DNA of 64,000 nucleotides. Source: Candidatus Latescibacterota bacterium (GTDB lineage: Bacteria > Latescibacterota > UBA2968 > GCA-2709665). How positions within the stretch are numbered: the stretch's first letter is position 1; each line of letters opens with the position of its first letter. The notes beneath the pieces were generated by a model that did no database searches, was not told the origin of the DNA, and saw only the letters and a list, made by a program, of their open reading frames with translations. The stretch spans positions 1,024,001 through 1,088,000 of the forward strand of contig CBDCOX010000002.1 of assembly GCA_965219995.1 (NCBI GenBank), given 5' to 3'. Position numbers and translations under genes: made by a program. Positions 1 to 9,673 of this stretch are shown here, in pieces.

Positions 1-546
1 TCGCCTGCCGTCGCCGGGTTCCAGGGCTTCGTGTGCGTGGCCGTGACCATTGGCATTGTCGGCCACAATCAGGCCGCCGAGCCTCGTATTTTCCAGCGCA
101 AAATCCAGATACGCCGGATAGTTTTCCTTGTCTGCATCGATGAAAACGAGATCGAACGGTCCGTCCCCGACAAGGTCTTCCATCAGTTCCGCACCTTTAC
201 CGGTGCGAACTTCCGTCCGGTCGGCCAATCCCGCGGCGGCGAAGTTCGCACGGGTCACGTCGGCGTGCTTCGGGTCCACCTCGAGAGAGACGAAGCGCCC
301 GTCGTCCGGCAGCGCGCGCGCCAGCCAGATCCCGGAATAACCGGCCAGGGCGCCGAATTCCAGGATCTTCTTCGCCCCGATCGCTTTCGCAAGCAGATAC
401 AATGTCTTGCCCGATTCCGGGCTGATTGAGATTGGCGGGAGCCCCTGACTTACCGCACGGGGCATGACACCCTTCAACACGTCGTCCTCCCGCGCGAACA
501 CCTCCCGCCGATAGGTGTCCAGGTCCGGATAGGATGATTCCGCCAT
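1..546 (-). CDS. SAM-dependent O-methyltransferase (family 3, caffeoyl-CoA/MdmC-like), 3' end runs off window
   Basis: Not in ORF track; manual translation from ATG at 546: MAESSYPDLDTYRREVFAREDDVL...ISISPESGKTLYLLAKAIGAKKILEFGALAGYSGIWLARAL...FDLVFIDADKENY...GGLIVADN. Confidence 0.9.
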   Translation of the reverse strand, partial: MAESSYPDLDTYRREVFAREDDVLKGVMPRAVSQGLPPISISPESGKTLYLLAKAIGAKKILEFGALAGYSGIWLARALPDDGRFVSLEVDPKHADVTRANFAAAGLADRTEVRTGKGAELMEDLVGDGPFDLVFIDADKENYPAYLDFALENTRLGGLIVADNANGHGHAHEALEPGDGRR

Positions 547-573
547 CTTGTATTCTCCGAATTCAACGCACCA

Positions 574-1581
574 TCACAGAGAATTGGCCTCCGCCCTTCT
601 CATGAAAGCGCCAAAGTCGACAACGCGTCCTTCGTCGGACGCAACTCCGATTCCCTCCACCATTCCCACGGTCGGCAGATTTCGTCGTCCACCGAATTCC
701 GGCTCTGCGCCTTCGGCCACATATCGGTGGAACCCGTCCAGCAGGACTTCCTCCGGCGGCGGGGTCTCGTCCAGAGGAACGACTTCGTCTTCGTCCGACC
801 CCGGGGCGCGCAGGAGCAACCCGCTGTCCGCCAGCTCGAGCGCGCCGCCGTCCAGTTCCAACCTGAGAGCCGATCCGCCCTTGTGGGCCGCGAAGGTACA
901 AAGGTAACCGCAGGTGGCCCCGCCCTCGAATTCGATCCACGCGTGGACGCCCGCGCCTCCCTTATATGGACTCCAGGGCGGATTGAAGCTGTGTCCCCAC
1001 ATCCGTACGGGATCCGCGTCGAACAGGAAACGGAGGGTGTCGAGGTCGTGAATGCCTCGCTCCCAGAGGTAGGCATGGTCGTCTTCGCCCGAATGGTGAA
1101 CGCGAGGTCTCCAGCCGTACTTGGTCATCAGGCCGAACACCGGACGTCCGTAAGTACCCTCCTTCACGAGGCGGTTGATCGTGACGTGCGCAGCCGCGAA
1201 TCTTGCATTCTGGCAAACGGCCACCCGGACGCCCCTGTCGTCGGCCTCGCGGACCACCCGGCACGCGTCCGCCAGGCTCTTCGTGAACGGCTTTTCCACC
1301 AGAACGTGCTTGCCCGCCCGAACCGCCTGCAGACACTGCTCGGCGTGCATCTGCGGAGGTGTAATGACAACGACGGCGTCGGCCTCAACGCCGTCGAGGG
1401 CGGCGTTCAGCGAACGGTAGCACGCGGCCTCGGGCAACCCGGATTCCTCGCGGGCCGACCTCAAATTGTCTTCGTTCACATCGACGAGCGCAACGCTTTC
1501 GTAATCGGTTCGTTCCTGTACACGACGAACCGGCCATCTCCCCCTGCCCCCCACACCCAGGTGTATAAGACGTATTGCCAT
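574..1581 (-). CDS. Gfo/Idh/MocA family oxidoreductase
   Basis: N-terminal Rossmann GVGGRG, AGKHVLVEKP motif, GIHDLD catalytic region. Confidence 0.9.
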   Translation of the reverse strand: MAIRLIHLGVGGRGRWPVRRVQERTDYESVALVDVNEDNLRSAREESGLPEAACYRSLNAALDGVEADAVVVITPPQMHAEQCLQAVRAGKHVLVEKPFTKSLADACRVVREADDRGVRVAVCQNARFAAAHVTINRLVKEGTYGRPVFGLMTKYGWRPRVHHSGEDDHAYLWERGIHDLDTLRFLFDADPVRMWGHSFNPPWSPYKGGAGVHAWIEFEGGATCGYLCTFAAHKGGSALRLELDGGALELADSGLLLRAPGSDEDEVVPLDETPPPEEVLLDGFHRYVAEGAEPEFGGRRNLPTVGMVEGIGVASDEGRVVDFGAFMRRAEANSL

Positions 1582-1719
1582 TCCGCCTCCTCGGAGGATT
1601 GAATCGACGGCTTACCCCGATGAATCTTCCACATCAGCACAATATAAGGAATCAGCCGGTACGCCGCACAAGTTTCCTTCCCCCGTCGTCACTCCGACGC
1701 CGACGGACCGTTAATCCGG

Positions 1720-1748
1720 TTGACATCGAAGTCCCAATGCGCTAATAA
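1720..1748 (+). promoter_or_regulatory. Putative sigma70 promoter for pap
   Basis: TTGACA (1720-1725), 17 bp spacer, TAATAA (1743-1748). Confidence 0.45.
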
Positions 1749-1876
1749 TTGGCACGGAACCTCGTGTCCTGGCCCGGAAACCCTCACCATTCATCCGTCG
1801 ATTCAGGCGACTTGATTCAGGGACGGAACGCTCGCGCCAATACCCTGTGCCGACCCGGACGGAGGAAGGAAAACGG

Positions 1877-3364
1877 ATGCTGGAAACCGTCGATCTCACA
1901 CGAAGGCTGAAAAAATCCAGGTATAAGGAACTCATTCCGGATCTCGAACTGAAACTGGGCGATCTTCAGCGAAACGCCAGAGAGTGGAAGATCCCGATCG
2001 TGATCGTCTTCGAGGGCCTGGAGGCATCGGGCAAGGGAACCCAAACCAACAAGCTTCTGCTGGCACTCGACCCCCGGGGTTTCAGCGTGCACCCGACCCA
2101 TCCGGCCAACGAGGAAGAGCGCAGAAAACCCTTCCTCTGGCGTTTCTGGACGAAGATACCGGAGGGAGGGAGAATCGCAATTTTCGACCGGTCCTGGTAC
2201 GGACGCTTTATGGTGGAGCGAATGGACAAGACCATCACCGAACAGGACTGGATGCGGGCTTACGGCGAAGTCAGATCTTTCGAGAAACAGCTCGTCGACG
2301 CGGGCGCTGTGATCGTCAAAATCTTCCTGCATATTTCCCAGGCCGAACAAAGGAAACGGTTCATGAAACTTCAGAGCAGTCCCTCGACCGCCTGGCGAAT
2401 CACGGACTATGACTGGCAGAAGCACGAGAACTACTCCGAATGCCTGTCGGTGGCCTCGGAGATGCTGAAAAAAACCCATTCGGAATTTGCGCCCTGGACC
2501 GCGGTGGCGGCTGAGGAGTGGCGATCGGCCAATATCAAGATCTTCAAGACCGTGATCAATGCCGTTGACGGCAGAATCCGCCAACTGGAAAATGGCGACC
2601 CCGCCACGCGACCAAAGCCTCAGAAACTTGAAAAAACGCCGTCGGGCCTGCTGGACAAGGTGGATCTCTCGAAATCCATGAAAAAGTCCGCCTACCGAAA
2701 AGCCCTGAAAAAGTACCAGGCCCGCATCAAGAACCTGGAACACGAGGTCCACCGCCGCCGCATTCCGGTTGTGCTCGTCTATGAAGGTTGGGACGCGGCG
2801 GGTAAAGGCGGAAACATCAAACGCCTCGTGCAGAATATGGACCCCAGAGGATATGAAGTCATTCCCGTTTCGGCGCCCAACGACACGGAGATGGAACACC
2901 ACTATCTCTGGCGATTCTGGAACCGAATGCCCAAGACCGGGCACATCACCATCTTCGACCGCTCCTGGTACGGAAGGGTCCTGGTTGAACGAATCGAGGG
3001 ATTCTGTTCGGAATCGGAGTGGAAACGCGCCTACAGGGAAATCAAGGAAATGGAAGAACACCTGACGAACTTTGGCGCCGTTATCCTCAAATTCTGGATG
3101 CACGTGGACAAAGACGAACAGCTCAACCGGTTCACGGACCGAAAAAAGCACCCCCACAAGCGGTGGAAGCTGGGTGACGAGGACTGGAGAAACCGGGAGA
3201 AGTGGGATGAATACGAGGAAGCGGTCGAGGAAATGATCCATCGCACGAGCACACCCAACGCGCCCTGGGTGATCGTCGAATCCAACTCGAAGTATTACGC
3301 CAGAATCAAGGTGTTGAAAACCGTTACCCGAAAACTGGAGTCACGCCTCGGCATCCGGCATTGA
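1877..3364 (+). CDS. pap: Polyphosphate:AMP phosphotransferase (two-domain PPK2)
   Basis: Two tandem PPK2 domains: FEGLEASGKG...FDRSWYG and YEGWDAAGKGG...FDRSWYGRVLVER; start moved to MLETVDL after GGAGGAAGGA. Confidence 0.93.
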   Translation: MLETVDLTRRLKKSRYKELIPDLELKLGDLQRNAREWKIPIVIVFEGLEASGKGTQTNKLLLALDPRGFSVHPTHPANEEERRKPFLWRFWTKIPEGGRIAIFDRSWYGRFMVERMDKTITEQDWMRAYGEVRSFEKQLVDAGAVIVKIFLHISQAEQRKRFMKLQSSPSTAWRITDYDWQKHENYSECLSVASEMLKKTHSEFAPWTAVAAEEWRSANIKIFKTVINAVDGRIRQLENGDPATRPKPQKLEKTPSGLLDKVDLSKSMKKSAYRKALKKYQARIKNLEHEVHRRRIPVVLVYEGWDAAGKGGNIKRLVQNMDPRGYEVIPVSAPNDTEMEHHYLWRFWNRMPKTGHITIFDRSWYGRVLVERIEGFCSESEWKRAYREIKEMEEHLTNFGAVILKFWMHVDKDEQLNRFTDRKKHPHKRWKLGDEDWRNREKWDEYEEAVEEMIHRTSTPNAPWVIVESNSKYYARIKVLKTVTRKLESRLGIRH

Positions 3365-3397
3365 ATCCCGGTTCTGTCGCGCGAGAGGAGAGTTGCG

Positions 3398-4669
3398 ATG
3401 CAAATCAAGGACATTGACATCACGTTCCTGGAGGTGCCCTTCACGCCGCACAGCAACGAACACCTCCAATACTGGCTGCCCCAGTGGCGCATCATCCAGA
3501 TATGCAGGCTCACGATGGACAACGGTGTTTCGGGGTTCGGCGAAACCGTTCACAACTATACGTGGGCGCAGGTACCGGAACGGATCGAGAGCCGGATTCG
3601 AAACCGGCCCGCCGCGGAGCTGATGTGGGACGACAGTCTCGGCGCCGGTGTGCAGATGGCGTTGTTCGACGCGGTTGGAAAGAGCCTCGGTGTGCCCGTC
3701 TACCGTCTGCTCGGTTCAAAGGTCCGGGACTGGTGCCCGATCTCGTGGTGGCACATGGACATGCCGCCCGAGGACTGGGCGGAAGAATGCCGCCAGGCCG
3801 TGAACGCCGGATACATGAGCGCCAAACTGAAAGCCCGTCCATGGTTCGATCTGCACGCATCCGTGAGAGCCGTACAGGAAGTGGTACCGGACGGGTTCCA
3901 TCTCGACTTCGACTACAACGGTACGCTGGGCAATTCCGCAAACGCCGTGCCTCACCTGAAGGAACTCGAGGCCTACCCCGAAATTGCAATGGTGGAAACC
4001 CCGATTCCGCAGAACGACGTGGCCGGCAACCGCCAGATCCGTACCCGTTTCAATCGGCCTCTCGCCATGCACTACGGAAGTCCGCCCGCGATCACCGCGC
4101 TGAAGGAGGACGTGACGGACGGCTTCGTGTTGTGCGCGGGCGCGTCGCGGCTGTTGCGGCAGGCCGCCGTATGCGACGAAGCCAACAAGCCCTTCTGGCT
4201 GCAGCTTGTCGGAACGGGCATCACCACGGCGTGGGCGGCGCACCTGGGCGCCGTTCTGCCGCAGGCCCGGTGGCCTGCCATCACGTGTATGAACATCTGG
4301 GAACACCCGTTGATCGAAGCGCCCCATAATATACGCGGCGGATTCTACAGAGTGCCTGAAGCGCCCGGACTGGGCGTCAACGTTGACTACGATGCATTCA
4401 CGCGATACACGGTCTCCCACGCCTGGGTAGATCCCCCGCGTCATCTCTACCGATACGCCCGTGGCAATGGCGAAATTACGTACTACGCCTGCAACCGGCA
4501 GGACCTTCACCGAATTTACGTGGAAGACGCGCAGCCGATATCGGAACCCGGCTCGATCCTGGCAATCGTTCCAGACGACGGAAGCGAGGCCTTTCGGCGC
4601 CGGCACGAGGCCGCCTCCCGCAATCCGGTCAGAGAACGCGCTGACGATTCTGCTCTCACGTCCACCTGA
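3398..4669 (+). CDS. Mandelate racemase/muconate lactonizing enzyme family (enolase superfamily)
   Basis: MALFDAVGKSLGVPVYRLLG, KLK motif, metal ligands DYN/ETP, VPEAPGLGV. Confidence 0.88.
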   Translation: MQIKDIDITFLEVPFTPHSNEHLQYWLPQWRIIQICRLTMDNGVSGFGETVHNYTWAQVPERIESRIRNRPAAELMWDDSLGAGVQMALFDAVGKSLGVPVYRLLGSKVRDWCPISWWHMDMPPEDWAEECRQAVNAGYMSAKLKARPWFDLHASVRAVQEVVPDGFHLDFDYNGTLGNSANAVPHLKELEAYPEIAMVETPIPQNDVAGNRQIRTRFNRPLAMHYGSPPAITALKEDVTDGFVLCAGASRLLRQAAVCDEANKPFWLQLVGTGITTAWAAHLGAVLPQARWPAITCMNIWEHPLIEAPHNIRGGFYRVPEAPGLGVNVDYDAFTRYTVSHAWVDPPRHLYRYARGNGEITYYACNRQDLHRIYVEDAQPISEPGSILAIVPDDGSEAFRRRHEAASRNPVRERADDSALTST

Positions 4670-4671
4670 AA

Positions 4672-4712
4672 GAATGAAGAGGGGCTCCCTTGAAGGAAGC
4701 CCCTCTTCATTC
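4672..4712. terminator. Bidirectional terminator-like hairpin between convergent genes
   Basis: GAATGAAGAGGGGCT...AGCCCCTCTTCATTC, 15-bp inverted repeat. Confidence 0.7.
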
Positions 4713-4731
4713 CACACCGGTGCGCGCCGGG

Positions 4732-6039
4732 TCAGGTGACAAAGGCGTCGTATATGGCTTTTACGGCCCGCTTGTAGTCGCCCTCTTCCACGCCCACGAT
4801 GATGTTGATTTCAGACGCGCCCTGGTCGATTACACGGACGTTGACACGCGCGTTTGCAAGCGCGCTGAACAAACGGGCAGCAATACCGATGCGGTGCGAC
4901 ATGCCTTCGCCAACGGTTGCAATGAGGGCCAATCCCGGCAACAGTTCAACGCGGTCCGGCTGCAGAATCCGTCGAATGTCGTCGACGAGTCTCTCACCTT
5001 TTTCACCCAGTTGATCATCACGCATGATCACCGACATCGTATCGATGCCGGAAGGCGTGTGCTCGTAACTGATATCGTGCGACGCCACGACCTCCAGCAC
5101 CTGCCGGCCAAAGCCTTTCTGCTGGTTCATCATTGCCTTTTCGATAAACAACATCGTAAATGCCGGCTTTCCGGCGACACCGGCGATCAGTGCGTCGGTC
5201 AGTTCCCTGCGAGCGAGTATTCGAGTCCCCGGATCCTGAGGTCTGTTCGTGTTGCGAATGTGGACGGGAATCCCGGCCGAGCGTACAGGAAACATGGCCT
5301 CGTCGTGGAACACCGATGCCCCCATATACGCCAGCTCCCTGACCTCGCGATACGTGATTTCACGGACCGGCCGCGCATTCGTTACCAGGCCCGGATCGGC
5401 CATCAGCAGCCCGGATACGTCGGTCCAGTTCTCGTAGACCTCGGCGTCGACGGCCCGTGCCACAATTGCGCCCGTAATATCGGAACCACCACGGGAGAAC
5501 GTCTTTACCGCACCGCCCGGATCGCTGCCGTAGAACCCGGGCACGACGAATATCCCGTCGTTGGCGACCCGCTCCGCGAGAAGGCTGTAGCTGGCGGGGT
5601 CCAGTTCACCCCCTGGACGAAAACGGATGGCCTCCGCGGCGTCGATGAAGGTTGCGCCCAGATAATCGGCCATGACTTGACCACAGAGATACTCTCCCCT
5701 CGAAGCGACAAAATCCCGCGATGCCCCGTTTTCGATATCCGTTTTCAATCTGTCGAGCAGCCGGCCGATATCGAGCGGGATTCCCAGTTTCGTCGCCAGC
5801 CCTTCATATCGGGAGCGCACCATTGCGAAGGGCTCGGAAAAATCGAGATTCTGTCTGGCCAGTTCGTGGCACAGGTAGAGCAGGTCGGTGATCTTTGTAT
5901 CCGCGTCGTCGCGCTTGCCCGGCGCTGACGGCACAACAAGGCGCCGGCGCGCATCGGATTCGATGATACGCTTGACCCGTGCCACCTGCCGGTCGTCGGC
6001 CAGGGAACTCCCGCCGAATTTACACACGACCGCTCCCAT
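4732..6039 (-). CDS. lysC: Aspartate kinase (two ACT domains)
   Basis: CKFGGSSLAD, VVPSAPGKR, TFSRGGSDITG, WTDVSG, C-terminal ACT with DQGASEINI. Confidence 0.93.
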   Translation of the reverse strand: MGAVVCKFGGSSLADDRQVARVKRIIESDARRRLVVPSAPGKRDDADTKITDLLYLCHELARQNLDFSEPFAMVRSRYEGLATKLGIPLDIGRLLDRLKTDIENGASRDFVASRGEYLCGQVMADYLGATFIDAAEAIRFRPGGELDPASYSLLAERVANDGIFVVPGFYGSDPGGAVKTFSRGGSDITGAIVARAVDAEVYENWTDVSGLLMADPGLVTNARPVREITYREVRELAYMGASVFHDEAMFPVRSAGIPVHIRNTNRPQDPGTRILARRELTDALIAGVAGKPAFTMLFIEKAMMNQQKGFGRQVLEVVASHDISYEHTPSGIDTMSVIMRDDQLGEKGERLVDDIRRILQPDRVELLPGLALIATVGEGMSHRIGIAARLFSALANARVNVRVIDQGASEINIIVGVEEGDYKRAVKAIYDAFVT

Positions 6040-6150
6040 TCCCGTGGTTCCACCTCCGTTTTACACCCGATCCAGATCCGGCATTCTGCGGTTGCCGGCC
6101 TGGTTTCGGGCACCCCATTTTCCGATTGAATACGTCCGACGTCGCGCGCG

Positions 6151-7071
6151 TCAGGCGGGATTCCGCTTCTGCACCAGGCGCAGCTCCTTGAGCAACTCCC
6201 TCACGTACGTGAGTTCCGGATCGATGCGGAGCGCTTCGTTCAAGGCGTCGATCGCCTTCTGCAAGGCCGACGAGTCATTGCGACGATCGGACAGTCGCCA
6301 GAAACACAGGCCGATTACGTGGTGCGCCCGTGCCCGGTCGTCTTTCTCAAGGTACTGGTACGCCAGTGCCTTCCTGGCCAGGTCGATGCCTTCCTCGTAG
6401 CGGGCGGCCCGGAACGTGTAATACGACGCAAATACCCTGGCATGTGCGATCGCATCGTCGCCGACGCCGTATTCCAGTCCGCGACTCACAATCCGAAGCG
6501 CTTCGGGATAACGCCTCACACCCTCCAGCATGCGCGCCACATCGGTGGCCTGCAGGCACAATCTGTCTTTCCAGGCTTTGTCCTCTTCAGTAGGACGAAA
6601 CTCGTACTTCGACCATAGACTGTCCTGCCGTTCCCAGGCGAAAAGCACGCCCTGTATCAATTCGGCACGGCCCGTCATGGCGCCGGAACGGGAAGCCAGG
6701 TACGTATTGTTGTAGAAATGCCGACCCAGAGCCCGGACAACCGGCGGGTATCCCGGCGCGACAGAATCCACGCGCACGTAGACAGGGATCCACTCGCCGG
6801 CTTCAAGAGAATCCGATCCCGCCAGCAGGGCCTGGGCCTTTTTAAGCTGCTCGCGCCGCTCGGCCGCTTTCTTACCGGACGGCGTCTCTCCATATTCCTC
6901 GGCGATCCCGGCGTATTGCGCGATTGTTCGAGGCAGGTCTTCGACCCGCTCTTCCAGGTCTCGGAAAACCACATAATACAGCCGTTCCGCCTTCTTCGCC
7001 CTTCGCGCCGCCTCGTTGTCGCAACCGGCGAGCAACGGCAGACACAGGAAAAGGAAAATTGCTTTGTGCAT
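6151..7071 (-). CDS. Tetratricopeptide-repeat lipoprotein
   Basis: Lipobox MHKAIFLFLCLPLLAGC; C-terminal TPR-like helices (AIDALNEALRIDP). Confidence 0.7.
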   Translation of the reverse strand: MHKAIFLFLCLPLLAGCDNEAARRAKKAERLYYVVFRDLEERVEDLPRTIAQYAGIAEEYGETPSGKKAAERREQLKKAQALLAGSDSLEAGEWIPVYVRVDSVAPGYPPVVRALGRHFYNNTYLASRSGAMTGRAELIQGVLFAWERQDSLWSKYEFRPTEEDKAWKDRLCLQATDVARMLEGVRRYPEALRIVSRGLEYGVGDDAIAHARVFASYYTFRAARYEEGIDLARKALAYQYLEKDDRARAHHVIGLCFWRLSDRRNDSSALQKAIDALNEALRIDPELTYVRELLKELRLVQKRNPA

Positions 7072-7186
7072 TTCAAATCGCTCCCCGAGTGGTATTATTC
7101 TCACGCAATCATTGCGCGGTCACACGACCGTTATGCCCGTACGTCGCGTCCCGGCGTACGCGGTCACGGACTTGCATGGGTCGACG

Positions 7187-8155
7187 CTACTCGATGTCCG
7201 CGCGAATCGGCATCTCCGTTCTTCCCTTCCGGCTGATCTTGTCGATCAGCCTCCGATTGAACTCGCGCGCGGTATGATACCCTTGAATCTTGAGTTGATA
7301 ATTCAGCGCGATGGCTTCCGCGATGACCGTTATATTCTTACCCGGATATATCGGCACGGTCACCTGTGGAATCTCCACGTCGAGAATCGACACCCAGTCC
7401 TCCTCCAGTCCCACCCGCTCGTAGGACTCGGTCTCGTCCCATTCCACGAGTTGAACGACGACCTCAACCCGCTTCTGGATCCGAAACGCGCCGATACCGA
7501 ACATATGCCGGACGTTCAGAATTCCCAGACCGCGTACTTCCATATGATCCCGAAGCGTGTCGCCGCAGGTCCCGACCAGAATACCCTGAAGCTTTCTTGA
7601 GACCAGCACGATGTCGTCCGCAACCAGCCGGTGCCCGCGCTCGACGAGGTCCAATGCAATCTCACTCTTTCCGATTCCGCTTCGACCGGTAAACAGTAGA
7701 CCGATTCCGTAAACATCGACGAGAGACCCATGGATGGCAGTCCGGGGGGCAAACACGTCGTCCAGATAATATGAGAACAGATGAGAAAACTTCGTGGTTG
7801 AGAATGGCGTGACCATCAGCGGAATGCCCCGTTGTCCTGCGAGTTCCAACAGGGTTCCTGGTACCTCGTTGCCGTCGGTAACCACCACACAAGGGATGTC
7901 GAACTGAAATACGGTTTCGAGTACCGTGCGCAGTCTTCGCGCGGAAAGGCCGTCGAGGTATAACATCTCGGAGTTGCCGAGTACCTGCGCGCGATCGAAG
8001 GTGAACAGACCTACAAACCCCGCCAGGACGAGACCGGGCCGGTGCACGTCGCTGGACGTCAGTTTCCTGTCCGTGTTTTCGTGGCCGGCGATCAACTTCA
8101 GAGCCAGCTTCTCGCCGAATTGTTCAAGGACTTCCGCGATTGAAATTTCCTGCAC
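7187..8155 (-). CDS. hprK: HPr(Ser) kinase/phosphorylase
   Basis: VHRPGLVLAG, HGSLVDVYGIG, Walker A GRSGIGKSEIALDLVERGHRLVADD, MEVRGLGI; GTG start at 8155 inferred. Confidence 0.95.
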   Translation of the reverse strand: MQEISIAEVLEQFGEKLALKLIAGHENTDRKLTSSDVHRPGLVLAGFVGLFTFDRAQVLGNSEMLYLDGLSARRLRTVLETVFQFDIPCVVVTDGNEVPGTLLELAGQRGIPLMVTPFSTTKFSHLFSYYLDDVFAPRTAIHGSLVDVYGIGLLFTGRSGIGKSEIALDLVERGHRLVADDIVLVSRKLQGILVGTCGDTLRDHMEVRGLGILNVRHMFGIGAFRIQKRVEVVVQLVEWDETESYERVGLEEDWVSILDVEIPQVTVPIYPGKNITVIAEAIALNYQLKIQGYHTAREFNRRLIDKISRKGRTEMPIRADIE

Positions 8156-8294
8156 ACGGCGCTCCGGGATCCAGCAATGGCGCAAGCCTGAAGACGAGGA
8201 TAAGGCGACAGAATCCGGTTGACATGGACGCCATTCGCCACCCCGCGGACCAACGCACATAACCTTTAGATTTATAGGTTGTTGCAGGAGTCGG

Positions 8295-8323
8295 AATATA
8301 GGCCAAAACACCAACCCTGTCAA
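8295..8323 (-). promoter_or_regulatory. sigma70 promoter for hprK
   Basis: Minus strand TTGACA (8323-8318), 17 bp, TATATT (8300-8295). Confidence 0.65.
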
Positions 8324-8356
8324 GAAGATGGATCCCATCGATACGGGACTTCGAGC

Positions 8357-8385
8357 TTGACTTGAAACGGCCGGGAAGCTATACT
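8357..8385 (+). promoter_or_regulatory. sigma70 promoter for the membrane-protein pair
   Basis: TTGACT (8357-8362), 17 bp, TATACT (8380-8385); back-to-back with the hprK promoter. Confidence 0.65.
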
Positions 8386-8440
8386 CCGTGCACGGTCCGA
8401 CCCCCAGTCACAATGGCAGACCCGAGTACGGGTGGAACCC

Positions 8441-9649
8441 ATGCAATTCATCGCCAGCTTCTACGTCATCTACGCGATCTGCCTGATCTGTCGAAACCTG
8501 TTCGTACGGCGTAAACTTGCGGCGCCTCTGGACAGTCTGCGAACGAGCCACCTGCATTTTGTTCCCATCGGGTTGGCCGTTGGCTTCATCCTGTCCATGG
8601 AGAACAGCCTCGCGGCAATCGTCGGAGATGTCAAGGAAGGACTGTTGGGCGTCATTCTGGTCTGGTTCGGCATCGTCACCGGGCTCCGGTTCGACTTTCG
8701 CCGCCTGGGACGGCGCGCACCGCGTCATCATGCACTCGAAGGTCTCCAGGTGCTGGGAACCGCCGCCCTTGTCTTTTTGCTGGCCCTGTTGTGGAGGCCG
8801 GTGCTGCGGTACCAGATGGGCATTGCGGCCGAACCCGCCCTTGTCGCGTTGCTGCTGGCCACGCTGGCAACCACGCTGCGTATGCCGGATCGGGTTTTTT
8901 ACGCACGATCGGATCTTTCAACCCCCCGCGTCGAAAATGCACCCGCGGGACCACTGATTACCAATGCGGCGGGGATGACGCTGCTTACGGTTCTCTACCC
9001 CTATTGTGCGGGCGGGACCGTTCTGGATCTGGGGCCGCTCACGCTGGTGAGCACCGGCAGTTTCTGGGCGCTATATGCGTGCGTGGGTGTTCTTCTGGGC
9101 CTTTTGCTTACCCTTATCTTCAGCACCTTCCAGGACGACGTCCTTTGCGCGATTGTCGCGACGGGCACCGTCGCTACGGTTGGCGGTCTGTGTGCAGGCA
9201 AGGCGATTCCCGGTGTTGTCGTGGGATTCATCGCCGGCGTATGGTTTATCAATACGACCACGCGGCGGCGGGACGCGCTGGAGATTCTCGATAAGACCAC
9301 GGGGATCCTGCAGCCGGTCTTTTTCCTTGTCATGGGGGCCCTGCTTGCAACACAGAACCTCACCGTGTTACGTTTGACCGCTTTCACCCTTCTGTTTCTG
9401 GTCGCCCGAAGTCTGGCGAGGGGAATCAGCCTGGCGGTTGCCGCCCGCGTGACCCGCTGCCCCCTTTCGCTGACCGATATTATCGGTTCCGCGCTCAGGC
9501 CCCTCGGGACGTTGTCTGTCGCGCTGGCAGCGCAGCTGCTCCTGCTGGATTCCGGTCCGAATCTTTACGCCCTCGCGGCTGCTATCATGGTTGCAGCCGC
9601 GATCGGTCACGTGATCCCGTTACCGAAACCTCGAGACGTTGCCGGCTGA
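8441..9649 (+). CDS. Polytopic membrane protein, cation:proton antiporter (CPA2)-like
   Basis: About 12 hydrophobic segments; LVWFGIVTGLRFD and PVFFLVMGA resemble CPA helices. Confidence 0.6.
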   Translation: MQFIASFYVIYAICLICRNLFVRRKLAAPLDSLRTSHLHFVPIGLAVGFILSMENSLAAIVGDVKEGLLGVILVWFGIVTGLRFDFRRLGRRAPRHHALEGLQVLGTAALVFLLALLWRPVLRYQMGIAAEPALVALLLATLATTLRMPDRVFYARSDLSTPRVENAPAGPLITNAAGMTLLTVLYPYCAGGTVLDLGPLTLVSTGSFWALYACVGVLLGLLLTLIFSTFQDDVLCAIVATGTVATVGGLCAGKAIPGVVVGFIAGVWFINTTTRRRDALEILDKTTGILQPVFFLVMGALLATQNLTVLRLTAFTLLFLVARSLARGISLAVAARVTRCPLSLTDIIGSALRPLGTLSVALAAQLLLLDSGPNLYALAAAIMVAAAIGHVIPLPKPRDVAG

Positions 9650-9673
9650 GGCGAAACGCAGGGAAAGCACCGT

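Noticed and set aside
1749-1765. Possible sigma54 promoter TTGGCACG
   Set aside because: The -12 position reads CG instead of GC at the required GG-N10-GC spacing
6040-6150. Second lysine riboswitch upstream of aspartokinase
   Set aside because: Intergenic space is only about 110 bp and lacks the AGAGG/GAAAGG/ACTGTC consensus
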